A DNA stretch of 63,717 nucleotides, filler included, from Bigelowiella natans CCMP2755 (lineage: Eukaryota > Protista > Cercozoa), in assembly GCA_000320545.1 (NCBI GenBank). It is 7 parts of 7 records of this genome, joined end to end, with 100 filler letters (N's around TTAATTAATTAA, not from the genome) between each part and the next. Parts side by side here need not be neighbours in the genome. Positions count along the whole stretch, not along the records: positions 1 to 22,584 come from ADNK01003139.1; positions 22,685 to 26,801 come from ADNK01003067.1; 5 more parts are not named here. One strand, 5' to 3'. Shown here in pieces: positions 11,101-24,876 of the stretch. The position numbers and the translations under genes were made by a program. Positions within the stretch are counted from its first letter, which is position 1. Each line of letters begins with the position of its first letter. Under the pieces are notes generated by a model. The model did not search any database and had not been told where the DNA came from. It worked only from the letters and a program-made list of their open reading frames with translations.

Positions 11101-13987
11101 GAGCAGCTTCACTTTGATCTCGTCGCGTCCGCGTTGGTCAGCAATGCACTTTCCTGCGAAAAGGAACTCTGCGTGCTTGGCGAGGCCGGACCCGGCTGCC
11201 GACACCCAGTTTTCGACTTCCTTCCACAAAGCCTTGTCCTTTGTGCCCTCCGCCTTGGAAATGCGCACTCGCAATTCGCGGACCTTCTTCGCGCGTTCCT
11301 CGCAGTCCTTTCCGTCATTGGTGCGGAATCCGCCTATTTGGGCGATTTCGCCAACGATTTTGTCGATAGTTTTGAGGTCGACGTCGTCTCCTTCCTTCAA
11401 GTAACCGCCAACCTGAATGGCCTCTTCGAGTTCCTTGATTCGCTTTTCCTCCAACTCCAGTTCCTCAAGAGCCTTGCGCGCCTTGGGAAGCTCTGGAGCA
11501 TGAGGAAATTTCAGATCGAGAGCGAACTTGATCGCGGCATCCATTCGTACGTGCCCGCCGTCCTCAAAAATGGCTTCAGTCGCTTTGCGCAGCGAATCAC
11601 GTGCTTTGAGAATCTCCTTGAGCGTTGACTCAGCCTCGGGTAGTTCGAGGTACAGTTCGGACGAAAGACGAAGCTTGTGCGCGTCCTCAATCCACTTTTC
11701 CAGCGCTTTTTGATCGCGCTTCTCCTCCGCAGTGACCAAGCCGTCAACGTGCTTGGTGATGTTCTCAAGCATAGCAACAGCGTCACGAACCACCGGGTAG
11801 AGCTTCGTGTACCATTTGTCATGCATTTCTAGAGATTTCGCCTCTGCGTGAAGTTCCAACAACCGCGGACGATGCCGCTCTTCGATCATTGCTGCCAAAT
11901 CATCTTCGATACGATCACGCTTGCGCTGGTTGGTAAGCCTCTCCACGGCAAACTTCACTTCGTCGTTGTCTGATAGTTCAGCGCCGGCCTCGCTAATTGA
12001 AGTCTCAACGAGCGTCCACTTCTCCTTGTCCTTCGTTTGCTCCGCGTCGTCAAGTGCTGCTCGCAAGGAGCGAATGTTCTCGGCCATGCGGAGTGCAATC
12101 TGCGTTTTGCGTATTGAGGTAAATGCGAGGGACAGTGTAGCATATTGGTCGACATATCTCTCATACGTTTATGTGCAACTTTGCGAAATAAGAAGCCGAT
12201 TTCCTTACTACCCCCCCACCCCCCAAACTCATCGATGTAACGCCCTTGCCTTAACATAATACTGACGCTAATTACAAAAATCATTCGCATGCTTATTTAT
12301 GCCACAAATATGGCTCACTCATCTTGACGTTCTGCATCAATATCATGTTGGTTTTCTGCATTGATATCATTTTGTGTTGGACCTTTCCTGCCTGTGTCTT
12401 GATCACAAATTTCTTCGCAGCTTCGACCGCCGAATCCAGTCCTTTGAGAGAGATAACATCACCCTCTTTCAAAAAGCCGCCACGAAGAATCTGGGTGTGG
12501 AGATCCTCGGCAAGTTTATCGTTCAGGCCTCGTTGTTCTTGCAGCTCAAGGGCTCTCTTCATTTCCGGTGCGTGTTTGAACTCGAGATCTGCGGCGGAGG
12601 TGATGGCTTCTTGTATATTGGCCGCTCCCTCCGGTGCCCAGATTCCTTCGCACGTAGCGCGGAGGCTTTCCCGAACAGCGAGCATCTTCTCGTAAACGCT
12701 CTTCGACTCTTGCATCCCTTCATACAGTGCGATGTCCATGGAGATCTCCTTTGCTCGAGCATGGCCTTTTTCAATCCCGTCCTGGTCTCGTTTCTTCACA
12801 GCCTTTGCGAGGGCCTCAAGGCACTCCGTGACGTCCTTCAACATCGCTCGCGCCTGCTTCAGCGCGGGGTAGAGCTCTTCTGTCATGTCTCCCGGCCCTG
12901 TCTCGTGAAGCGCCTCCGCTTTGCTAATGGCGGAAGACAGCATCTGCATGTTCACAGCCTGTGCGGCCGCCTCGAGCTCCTCCTCGCACTGAAGGCAAGA
13001 ACGTTCATGCTCGCAGGCTACAGCAGCGAAACTGCACTCTTCAAAGTCCTTCAGTAACGTCATCACAATAGGCACCTTGTGCTCCACGCCCTCCACATCG
13101 CTAACTTCGCGCGCACGAGCAGCGATAGCGGTTGCAAGGCATTTACGGACGGTGTCCCACGTCGCCGTTTTTCGACCCCCGATCGCGGCCTCAAGCGCTT
13201 GCCGCAGAGCAAGGATTCGTCTGCATTTGTCAAGGAAATCGATGCCGTAGCGCGTGAGAAGGCCGAATTCCCCGGCCTTTTTCACCAGCGAGCCCAGCTG
13301 CTCGCAAGCAGGTTTCTCGCCCCTCTTGACGTACCCACCAGCCGTCATCGCGCCGTTCATTGCCGTGAGCAGCTTCTCCTCCTCGTCGATGTGCTTGAGC
13401 ATGTCGTTCGCAGCCTTGACGTCGGCATCGTCGAAGCGGAACTCAAACGCATCCCCCTTGGACTTTGCAGTGAGGTGATTCCCCATCTCGAAGGCCGTGG
13501 AGATCATCAGCCGGTCCACCTTCCCCGTCCCGGCGACAAGCATCGCGCGCGTGCGCTTGCGCTCGGCCGCGTCTTTGCAGCGCTCGTCGCCGCAGTGAAT
13601 CCACTTGATGAGGTTGGTGTCTTTGTCCTTGGCGCGCTTCGCGTCCATGTCCACAGTGTAGCCCATGCTCGCCGTCTTTTCAAACAGCCTCCGGTAGTCG
13701 TCAAACGCGGTCTCAGCGTCTTTGTCCTCGAGCTCCTGGAAGGCGAGTATCAGGCGCTGTTCTTCCTCGAGAATGACCTTGTAAGAGCGCACTTGGTCGA
13801 CCTCAAGAATTTCGTTGTACCTATCATTGTTACCATTATTATTTTCATTATTATTATAATTATAGGCATCTATATTTGACAAAGCGACAGTTTGGAATAA
13901 TCGCAAGCATTCTCCCATTGCATGCTAACAAGAATCCTCTTCCCTGCGCCTCTTTAACATGTTTAATGTAATAAATAAATAAATAAA

Positions 13988-14026
<39 letters not shown>

Positions 14027-14066
14027 ATGATTTTCAGACTATCTAATCCATGCATAATCTGGATAA

Positions 14067-14105
<39 letters not shown>

Positions 14106-14766
14106 CTGCTGCTCTTCTGAGTCAGGAATGATTACGTGAGCGAGTCTGACAACTCAAGCGCTTTGTTGATAGCCGCCAGTGTACGCGTATTCATCGCTTC
14201 TACCTGAGCAAAGAAATAGGGCGGAAAAAGTCCATGGAAGCAACAGACAAAGTTTTAGAAAAACAAATACTCAATTTACAGTAGTTTATAAGGAATTTCA
14301 AAAAATCCGAAACACAAATCCCCCCCCCCCCCCCCGTCTTTATAACCGCATCTCATCTCGTCTCCCCTGTATTTCTCACCAATTTCGGACGAGCTGCGAG
14401 GAGCTCGTTTTTGCGCTTGCGAGCCATGTGGCCTCTGTATACGCGTTGGAGGAATAAGCATGTGTGCTCAATCGCGAGATTTCGATAGAGTTCCATCGTG
14501 CGGTGCTCGTTGGCGCGGTAAAGGCACTTGGACTTGCCGATTTGCACTTTTTCCTTCTGCAGCATCTTTTCAAGGACGATGTCTACACATTCGAGCTCGC
14601 TCTCTGGCCAGCTGGGGAAAGATGCATAACCACATCAGCACACAAACACACACGCACGCACGCACACATACAGCGCGAGAACGCATACAACCAGTAAAGT
14701 TCGTGTTTTAATTCGTGAATATGCAGATATAAAAGTGATACATAAAAAATCATAATACGTATAATG

Positions 14767-14806
<40 letters not shown>

Positions 14807-15543
14807 CAAATACTAGATTAGAACCATATTTGAAATGTACACAACAGACCTGTAGTCCCTCCCAAGCGCGCAGCGGTATCTCCTAAAGAAGTTTCCGTGC
14901 GTGAAGTGAAAGGGGAACCCCTTCTTCCGGATCTGCACGGCCTCAAAGACCCCCGAGTACTGAAGTTGCAAAAGCACCATTTCGCCATAGAAATCGCCTG
15001 GCGTCTTTGTTGGGTTCGGCTTGATGCACCGGATATAGTGCGGCTCGGTTTGGTTGAGCGTCTTCATCAGCGCCATTAGCTGCTTCTTGAATTTCTTCCC
15101 CAGCGTCTCCTTGGAGCCCACCGCTCCTTTGGCGAGGGACTTGAGGAGCCGGTTCTTGGAGTTGGCGAGGAGAGTGATGAGGTCGTCGGTAAGTTTGTCC
15201 TGGGATGGGGGGGGTGGGGGGGGGGGGTTGAGTAGTAGATCGAGGAGGGTCGATGTAAAGGACGGAGGCGGGTGCGTGTATTTGTGTGTTTGTGTGTGCG
15301 CGCGCGCACGCGTGTGTGTGTTTATGTGTGTGTGTGTGTGTGTATCAGGTTGCGTCTAAATTAACAACTATTTGTATTCATCAATCATTATCATTTTCCA
15401 ATATAAATACCCTATTCTCGACTCCCAAGGAGACGAGAACAACGACAGACATGCCTGAGCTGCTACCATGCTCCTACCTTATTCTTAAATAAAAAGCCTA
15501 CTGACGAGTAGTTGACCTAAGTACAAGCGGCAGTAGATAATAG

Positions 15544-15581
<38 letters not shown>

Positions 15582-17027
15582 TGTGTGTGCGCGCGCGCGT
15601 ATTGCCAGAACGTGTACACAATTCGTGTGTACATTCGTTGTACGTGTGCGGTTAGGCAGTTGTGTTTCTAGCCAAGCATTTTGGTGGAAAATGACGCCTT
15701 ACGTCTCCCGCGAAGTGCGTGATCGTGAAGTTCATCTGCTGCTTCCTGAGTTTCGCATTCGCATGCATCCAAAAGACAGCCAAGTGCGTGGCGATTAGCG
15801 TGGCGGAAAAAAATAACGAGCAAACTCACATATACCCACGCATCTACACACACTCACACACGCACACACACGCACACAAACACACACATACACACGTACA
15901 CACGTACACGTTAAAGAGGAAGGAAAGAAGGGAGAGAGCGAGCGAAAATGAATATCGAGAGAACCGGCAAGGTCGCGCCGTATATAACGAAGAATTATAC
16001 GATCTTCCAACATCTTCTCGCTCTCCCTTCCCCTCTCCCTCTTTACCCCCCTCCCCCCACCTATTCTCTATACAACTGTCCCACTAGACAGATTTAAAAA
16101 ACGCACTTTTCTGAACCCATACTGCTACTATCACTACTACTACTTCTACTAATACTACTACTGCTACCAATATATCAACTACTTTAACATTCTCTTGCCA
16201 CCACCACTGCTACTCGCTACCCCCAACAAGCGACACACAGAAACTACCGCTCATTCTTCGGTGCTATCTAATATACTATTACTACAAGTCATGCATATAT
16301 ACTACTATTACGAGCTTGGCAACCCGAAAAACCAGCCATCGCAGCTGCTTTTGACCCCCCCGCCCTCCCCTCTCCCCCACGTCTCTCACTACGACAAGTG
16401 CTGCTAACAACGCACCGGTTGTGCTTGAATTCCTTGGTTTTCCCGTACTTCTGAATAACCTTCTGCATGTATGTCTCGTCGCAGCCGCGCGGAATCCGGA
16501 TCTCCTCGTCGATCATATCGAGCATGCCCTGCCGCTTCTTCTCGATCAGGCTCAGCACGGCTTGGTTGTCTTTGTACCTGGGGCGCGCCACGTGTAGAGG
16601 TCAATTTTTGTTTTTTATTTAACTTGTAGTTTTTGGTGATGCATCGTGTGTGCGTGTGTGTGCGCGTGTGTGCGCGCGTGTGCGTGTATGCGCGTTTGGC
16701 TAAAAAGTAGAAGGGTAGAGGAGGAATGGGGATATCCTCTCTCGACGACTCTCTCGTCGCGTGGAGGTAAAAAAAGTCACGAACACAGCAGCAGCATCGC
16801 CCCACCCACCCGACATCGACGAAATCAATGCCCTCGCTTTTGTACAGGTCCTGCTCCTTCTTGAACGTCCAGTTGTTAAAGAGCTGCTGCAGCTTCTCGT
16901 TCGCGTAGTTGATGCAGAGCTGCTCGAAGGAGTTCAGCTTGAAGATCTCAAACCCGAAGATGTCCAGGATCCCGATCGAGTTCTTCGTCTTGCCCTCGTC
17001 CTCAACCTTGCACGCCTTATTCACCTT

Positions 17028-17065
<38 letters not shown>

Positions 17066-17528
17066 GTAAAGGAAGCTTCTATCTTCGTATGAATGCTGCT
17101 GAAATCGGCACGATCATCGAGAAATCGCGGCTTTTTAAACGCCTCGTCGTTCGCTGCCCCCCAACTCAACTCGAGAGCGAGAGGAAACACGAAGAAAAGA
17201 TGCTCAGGGCTATTTCGGGACGGTATGAAACGCCGCAAACACGCAACGCACCTGTACAACGAGCCAATCGAAGAGCATGTTGTAAACGTGCTTTGCCACC
17301 GCGTCTCGCACCTGCGTTGTAGGTAGGCAAACGAAGAGATAAGCAATAGACAAGGGCGTTTCATTGCGTGCGGGGCGATAGCGTGAGGACCGGAAAAACG
17401 GTGGCGATGCTGTGATGGACATTTCAATCGTCATTATTTTATGAGAACATGCAAAGAAATGATAAGAGAGAAGAGAAGGTAGTTTTATACAATAAACTGA
17501 TCTACTCCGCTTTTATGTGCTTGTTTCG

Positions 17529-17571
<43 letters not shown>

Positions 17572-18122
17572 ATAATTATTATATAATAACTTAAATATTA
17601 TAATCTATGCGAATGTGTGTGTGTGTGTGTGTGAGTGAGCGTGTGTTTGCGTGTGCATAGAGATTATGGCTACAACACACAACGATCCGACGAGTATCTT
17701 CGAGTTGCGACGGCGAGAAGAATGCGTATGAGACCTGCGTCGCATCCGAAGCGGAGAGTGGGATAAGAACATCGTCAGCCCCTCGCGACTTGAACACTCG
17801 CGTAATGAGCGCTTGGTTCAGCTTTTCCTCGTCCAGTTCCAAGAGCTTCGCCACTGTCTTCACCACCGATTTGTTCTCGATGCTGGACGTTTGGACGCCG
17901 CTGTCTTTTGACTGTGATGGTGAGGTGGGGTGGAATGAGATTAAGGGAAGGGGGGGGGAAGGGGGGGGTTGGATGAGGATTTGGACGTGTGCGTGTGCGT
18001 GTGCGTGTGCGTTTGTGTTTGATTTGATGGCGAATCTTTAACTTACGACGTTATATACTAGTTGAAATAAATACATTGCTCTCAGTAAATACTACATGCA
18101 TGGATTTTTGCTCGCGCATATG

Positions 18123-18166
<44 letters not shown>

Positions 18167-18336
18167 ATATTAATCAATATATGCCCTATAGCATTGACGG
18201 AGGTTACTAGTAGAATTAGGACAAAATAACCACGGACGCAGTCAGACTACAACTATCACGAATTACTTCTGAAAAGCTCACGTTCCCAATGTGTAACACG
18301 CCGGCGGTGATTTGGAACACCTTGGAAGTTCGCACG

Positions 18337-18382
<46 letters not shown>

Positions 18383-18471
18383 TAATAGTCGGCAAACAAT
18401 GAAATAGGTATTAAATAGTTGATATGTATTGATAATAATAATCATTGAGATTATGCATACGTATAAAAATA

Positions 18472-18511
<40 letters not shown>

Positions 18512-18662
18512 TACTCATCTCACAAAGACAGAATCAGTTCTCACACAACCCCCCCCCCTCTCACCAAGCCGCTCGGTCGCTGCTACCTGTTGGATATCAT
18601 CGGCACTCATTGAAGCCGACTCATGCATCGAGGACCTGGAATAATGACAGAAGAAAACGGTA

Positions 18663-18699
<37 letters not shown>

Positions 18700-19375
18700 A
18701 AAAATATATTGTATCAATAATTGTGATATCCCCTCCGATTACCAGTAAACCCCCCCCCCCCCCCTCCCTCCCCCCCCCCCCCGCCTTCTATTCAACGCGC
18801 ATACAACAACCACCACCGCCACCACCGGAGCAGCACACGACCTCGTCAAAGTCCTCGCGGTCATCGATGCCCTTGACGCTCAGCTGTCCCTTATTGAGGA
18901 AGCTGAAGTCCTTCGCGTCGGTGAGGTGCAGCGCCTCCTTCTGCTCCGCGTCCATGCCGCGGCACATCTGGAAGAAGATGTGGTAGTTCCGCTCGTCCTC
19001 GCCCACCGAGACCACGCGCGACTTCTCCAGCAGGTAGTTGGTGGTGGAGGCGCCGCAAATCTTGCCGTACGCATTGAAGAAGATCTCCACGTACTTCCCA
19101 AAGCGGCTCGAGTTGTTGTTCCGCACCGTCTTCGCGTTTCCGTAGGCCTCGAGGAGGGGGTTGGCCCGGAGGATCTTCTGCTCGATGTTGGAGCTTCCGC
19201 TGCCCGCCACCTCGGCGAGGTACTGGAGAGCTTGCTTCGTGCACTCGGTTTTCCCGGCGCCGGACTCGCCGGAGATGACGATGGACTGGTCCCTGGCGCT
19301 CAGCCGCATCGCGCGGAAGGCGTCGTCGGCGATCCCGTAGACGTGGGGACCCTGTTTGCGAGCGCGTGAGAGCAA

Positions 19376-19426
<51 letters not shown>

Positions 19427-21251
19427 CGTGTGCGTGGAGAGAGTGTGTGATGCGATTGGAACTAAAAGACGGGGCAGAGGAGAAGGGGGGAACAGGGGAA
19501 GGGGGAAGGAGCAAAGGGAAGAGGACGATGACTCGCCCAACCTGCTGAGCGCGGCGCTTTTGGTAGTCGCTCATCACCGCCGGCGTGTAGTATGGCAGCC
19601 ATTGATACGGGTTGATGGAGATCAAAATCGAGCCAATAGACGTGTAGATCTTGTTCTTTTTAAAACTGAGAGTAGGAAAGTCATGGTGCGGTTGAAAAGG
19701 GAGGAGCTAGGAGGGGAAGGGGGGGGGGGGTATTATATATTTTATCCCATATTCGCCGGGGAGAACTTTTACTTTTCGTATATTTCTATTACTACTACTA
19801 CTACTTCTTCTAGTGCTACCAGCCATTTGCTGAAACGACAAGCTACTACACAGCTGAATGGCCTCTGCGAGCACTCACTGTTTGGACCCACCGTTCTTTG
19901 AGGTTCCAGCATATAATCGGCCTTGACATCTCCGGCAGCATCACCATGTCTCGCTCCGTCATTGTGAGGTTCTCCCAAACGACGGGCACGAGGGGCAAAG
20001 CATCCTGTGGTGGGAATTAAGGGCAGTATATCCATGGTTAAGACGGATGAATAATAGGATAGATAAAATAACGGGTGCTAGGTCGTTGGATATCTATAGC
20101 CTCCCTCCCTCCCCCCCCCTACCCCCCGCCCTTCTCCCTCTTCCAACTGCGTTTGGTAAGGTCAGCGAAACAGGATAAGATATGTAGTTCCGTGTGTGAG
20201 TGTATACATAAATGATAATTATACAAATATGTATATGTTTTTTAATATACTTATATAAAATATAGTATATTGCCTTTGAAACTTCCGCTGTTTTATTGTT
20301 TCCAAGGTCAAAGCTCCACGCGCTCTTGGCGCCTCCTTTCAGCTTCTTTGCCGGGATGTAACTATGAACGCCATTGCATTCCATCGATGATTGCCAGAGT
20401 CAAGGAGCGGGGGTAGTAGGAACGACGGTCATGGAACCACAGGAGGAAAGGGGGGGGGCGGGATATTATAAAATAGAATTAACGAAATTGAGAAAAGACG
20501 GAAGAATCGTGTTTGTGGGAAGAGTATATGCTGCAAATAATATATTGCTCGTAATGACATTCAAAATAATACAAGGTAATTACAGAATGTATAAATATGT
20601 TTGTTGCGCGCGCGCGCGCTCGTGTACGCATGTGCGTGTTATATACTCTCTTCCACAATTGAAGTCTGTCACGTAAAAACGCAGCAGCACTCCACAGTCC
20701 TCTCCCCCCCCCCCCCCTCCCCCTTAAAAAACCGTAAACAAAATGCTCGAAAGGACTCTTATATACCCTTCCATTTTGTCTTTAATCCAGTACCATTCTC
20801 CGTCTCTTTGCTGAAGTGAGGAGGGGGGGGAGGGGGGGAGGGAGAGTATAGAGGACAGAAGAACCGAAACGAGCATTCGTTAATTCATTGCGACGATCTA
20901 TAAATTGCTGTTATTTTAGGATGTTATCAGGTAGCTATCATGATTTATATTGCTTATTAAAGAAGGAGAAAGCAAAAACCCACTCGCTTTTCAAAATCGT
21001 GACAAATTTGCATATTGTCGCACGTACGATCGAAAAGCGGCAGGTGAGAGGAGGGAAGGGAGGGGGGGGGGGGTAGGGGAAAGGGTAGGACAGCGGAGGG
21101 AAAATGGCAAGAGGAAATACGAGAAATGGGAAGAGAAAGAGAGATAGAGACAGAGAGACAGAGAGAGCGAGAGAGAGAGCGAGAGAAGGGTGATAAAACG
21201 TATGAGGTGAAGAGACGATACGAAAGAATCGATCATTCTATTTCCAAAGGA

Positions 21252-21289
<38 letters not shown>

Positions 21290-21298
21290 ATGTATTTG

Positions 21299-21329
<31 letters not shown>

Positions 21330-21808
21330 TGTGATATTTACATATAGCTAATATTCCATATATTCCAAATATTCCAAATCCACCAAACCCAAAAAAGCCG
21401 CGTCATAACGGCGGCCGACAAACAGCATTTCCATCGCGCAAAAATCACGCACACGCATGCAAAGCAGCTGCTCTCATATTGGCCAAAAATTAAACAAACT
21501 AAAGTTCTCACATTCCCCCCCCCCCCCCCTTTATTAACAGCATTTCATCAAAACGCGCGAAGGCAATTCCTCGCCCGTTCAATCTATCATCATCTGCTAC
21601 TGTTTGGCGACCTTTCTCTCCTCCGTTGTTTTGAAGCAATCAGGCTTGATCCAGGTCAATTCCCCACTCTACGCAAATGGAAGATATAGTTCAGTCCAAC
21701 GAAGAAACAGAGGGGGGCAGGGGGGGGGGGGGGCTTTCAAGTAATAACATGTTATGCGTTTGATTAAAAGAATTATTTATTTTTGTATTTGTCTTTGTCT
21801 TTGATATC

Positions 21809-21840
<32 letters not shown>

Positions 21841-22410
21841 TCAATATATAAATCGTCGGTGTGACGGCGCTCTCCTCGAGGCGGCCTTGTTGTTCAGAGA
21901 GCACCTTGTTGTTCAGGTAGTAGTTCAGGCCGCTTCCGTCAGGGGCAAGGAGCTCTGACCACTCCGCATCTTCCTTCTTCTCGTCCTGCGCGTGCGGTGG
22001 ATTTCGAGAAACGATGGGAGGGGGGAATTATATGTATAATATATGTGTTTCTTCAGATGTAGAGTCATATAGCAATATAATAAAAAATATATTTATATAA
22101 TAGCTAATTATATGCTGTTTATTTTATATATCGATTTACAAGCTTGTTCTTTCCCGCGTCCCATCTCGCACAGGTCATCACCTTCTTCGCGTCTTTCTCG
22201 TCGCTCTTCTCCTCCTCCTTAGGCGCGAATACCCCTGCCGACAAATCCGCCGATAGCTTCGTCTTGATCTCTTCTTTCTCGCCTTCGTTCCAGGATCGCT
22301 GGAAGGTAAGGTGGGGGGGGGGCGCAGGGGGGGAACAAGATAATGTCAGCGAAATGGGAATATTGAGTCGATTTCGCAATTCCGATGATAAATACTTCCA
22401 TATATTATTG

Positions 22411-22448
<38 letters not shown>

Positions 22449-22939
22449 AATGATATTATCATATTTGAATGGAAGGACTCTCTCTCAAGCACCATCACTA
22501 CCACGCCCACCGTGTTGGCGAACAAATAGAGCAAGCCAAACCAATGCACACACCGCCACCGGCTCACGACAACGTAAAAGACTCNNNNNNNNNNNNNNNN
22601 NNNNNNNNNNNNNNNNNNNNNNNNNNNNTTAATTAATTAANNNNNNNNNNNNNNNNNNNNNNNNNNNNNNNNNNNNNNNNNNNNGTCGCAGGCTCGTAAT
22701 GCCATTACGACCTTCTTGCTTTCGGCGGCCACGTCCTCGTCGTCCGCCTCGTAGAAGTTCTCCAGTGCCTCTGCTGCTGCATCTGCTTTCTTAATCCCGG
22801 GTGCTGGTCCCGGCGGTGCCTGTGGAGGTGTTCCTCCTCCTTCCTTAGCGTCCGTATCGCCCTTCCTTTCCTGTTTCTGCTCGTGCCCTTGCACGGCCTG
22901 CGAGCCAAAGTCCTGCTGTTCTTCTAGCTGCTGTGACAT
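6014..22939 (-). CDS. Unconventional myosin, class-IV-like: WW - SH3-like - motor - IQ - helical repeats - MyTH4 - WW - WW (multi-exon; first exon lies across an assembly gap)
   Basis: Spliced exons give P-loop GESGAGKT, switch [19 protein letters not shown], switch [37 protein letters not shown]-like [13 protein letters not shown] and MyTH4 [17 protein letters not shown]. Last exon 6014-6051 encodes [12 protein letters not shown]-stop. Candidate ATG 22939 (MSQQLEEQ). Confidence 0.93.
8440..8862 (-). other. MyTH4 domain of the myosin (no FERM recognised after it)
   Basis: [13 protein letters not shown]...[15 protein letters not shown]...[39 protein letters not shown]. Confidence 0.9.
9300..13400 (-). 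repeat. About five diverged ~265-aa alpha-helical repeats in the myosin tail
   Basis: Recurring motifs [FY]-x-HAPE[ML] (near 12570, 11500, 10710, 9915), GG[FY] and T-x-x-G-K...I-x-x-LR-x-A-[LIV]; ~790-nt period within the 8188-12099 exon. Confidence 0.8.
21612..21985 (-). other. N-terminal WW domain exons of the myosin
   Basis: Two exons splice in frame to [21 protein letters not shown]|SGELTWIKP; later exons give [12 protein letters not shown]|YIPAKK (myosin N-terminal SH3-like). Confidence 0.8.
22585..22684. other. Assembly gap linker (N44-TTAATTAATTAA-N44)
   Basis: Six-frame stop linker embedded in Ns; the same structure occurs at 26802-26901, 51668-51767, 58816-58915, 61074-61173 and 62331-62430. 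Confidence 0.98.
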
Positions 22940-23295
22940 TGTTAGTCAAATCGTTTCCCGTGTGTGGAAGCCAAAGGTTGTTGCGCGTAAGGTGTTCACA
23001 GGCCGAGGCGCTACGTGCACAAGTAGGCAGGGGGGGGGAAAGGCACGTTTGCTTCCTTTTGAAGAGTTGTGTTTATTTTTATTAAAGATTATATTTTTAT
23101 TAAATCGTGCACTGCGTAATCATTCGCGAAGCTTTCGCGAATGCCGCCGCACGTGGGGCAGCACACTTCCGGTGTGCTGCCATGAGTCCCGCCGGAACCC
23201 ACGTGCCTATGCTGTATTAATATCTACGTTATCTATATTCTATATCCGCGACAACCCCTTTGTTGTCGCACGTGACTTGTGCCCGCGTAGTGGTA

Positions 23296-24040
23296 CGCGC
23301 TACATGAAGGTGCACACAAGGTGGCAGTCAGCACGTTCTGACACACTCGTGTGCCTTCATTGAGAACTGAACGTTTCCAAGACATCCCAGCCAAAGCTGA
23401 TGCTTCCTTCCAATTGTTCTCAAGTTTGTTGTCCTGATGTCATTTCTCCCTTCACAAACGAACTTTCTTTGTGGTGTGACAAGTTGTCGAGCAATGACAC
23501 CTTGACAACTGTTCTTTGACGCTTGACACCTTGCTTTGGTTTGCAGAGAACATCTCCTGACAATTCTCTCGTAGCTGTTTGTTCCTGTGAATGAGCACGT
23601 CGTGTCTTCTGCAATTGCCCTCCGTGCTCTAGATCGATGCAGAGCACAACATTGCAACAACTTCATCTGCAATCTCGCACAGTTCAATTTGCCAATTTCC
23701 CCAGCCAATGCGAGCTTGCATGTCGGCTCAGTGTCATCACATTTGCACAGGCATGAGAGCATCAACAATGCACATCGCACGATGTGTCAATGACAGGTCT
23801 AGAGGTGTCAAGATGCATGTGTAGCTGTTCACATGTGCACACATGCACACAGCCTCCTCCAGAGCACCTCGAGAAGCATGTAGACTTCAAAACGCAGTCT
23901 AGTGGAGCTGGAGCTAAAGCAAGCTCGAGAAACAACTCTGAATCATGATCGAATGCACGAGCACCAGTGTTGCCGTGCAGGCTACAGGCACATTTGAACA
24001 TTAGATCGGCGGTGTGGATGGAGAGTTGTGGATGCGTGCT
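23296..24040. other. TpA-depleted domain downstream of the papain-family fragment
   Basis: Ten TA dinucleotides in ~745 bp, every one in CTA, TAG or CTAG context. Confidence 0.85.
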
Positions 24041-24175
24041 TATTCACTCCCATGGTGAACCGCGTACTGTGGGAGCAAAATGGCAGGCAACGTGCTGCAA
24101 AGAGCGTCTTCGAATCTTGCCCGCCTGTCACATCGATGACACTGCATGGTGGCACAAGAGTCTCCTTTCTGACTT

Positions 24176-24654
<479 letters not shown>

Positions 24655-24876
24655 ACCAAAATTTGTTGTCGCCCATGGAAAATTTCTTGGTGATGATGTC
24701 GGCTTCGCAGAAACGCTGCGTTTGTGCAGTCGCACAGTGCCTCGTCCACGCTGGATAACAACTCGATCGAACGCCTTGAGAGGAGGGCAGCCTTCCAGAG
24801 GAGCATGTACTGAAGCTAAATCTACGAGTCACGAAGGCCAATAACTCTTTCTCTCCCTTTGTGTTGTTACGACAGC

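Noticed and set aside
7837-13879. Long plus-strand ORFs (416, 216, 223, 227, 266 aa)
   Set aside because: Antisense shadows of GC-rich myosin exons; no motifs, and one starts in microsatellite-derived sequence.
22629-22640. TTAATTAATTAA repeated six times in the window
   Set aside because: Always centred in 44+44 Ns; it is an artificial six-frame-stop contig linker, not biology.
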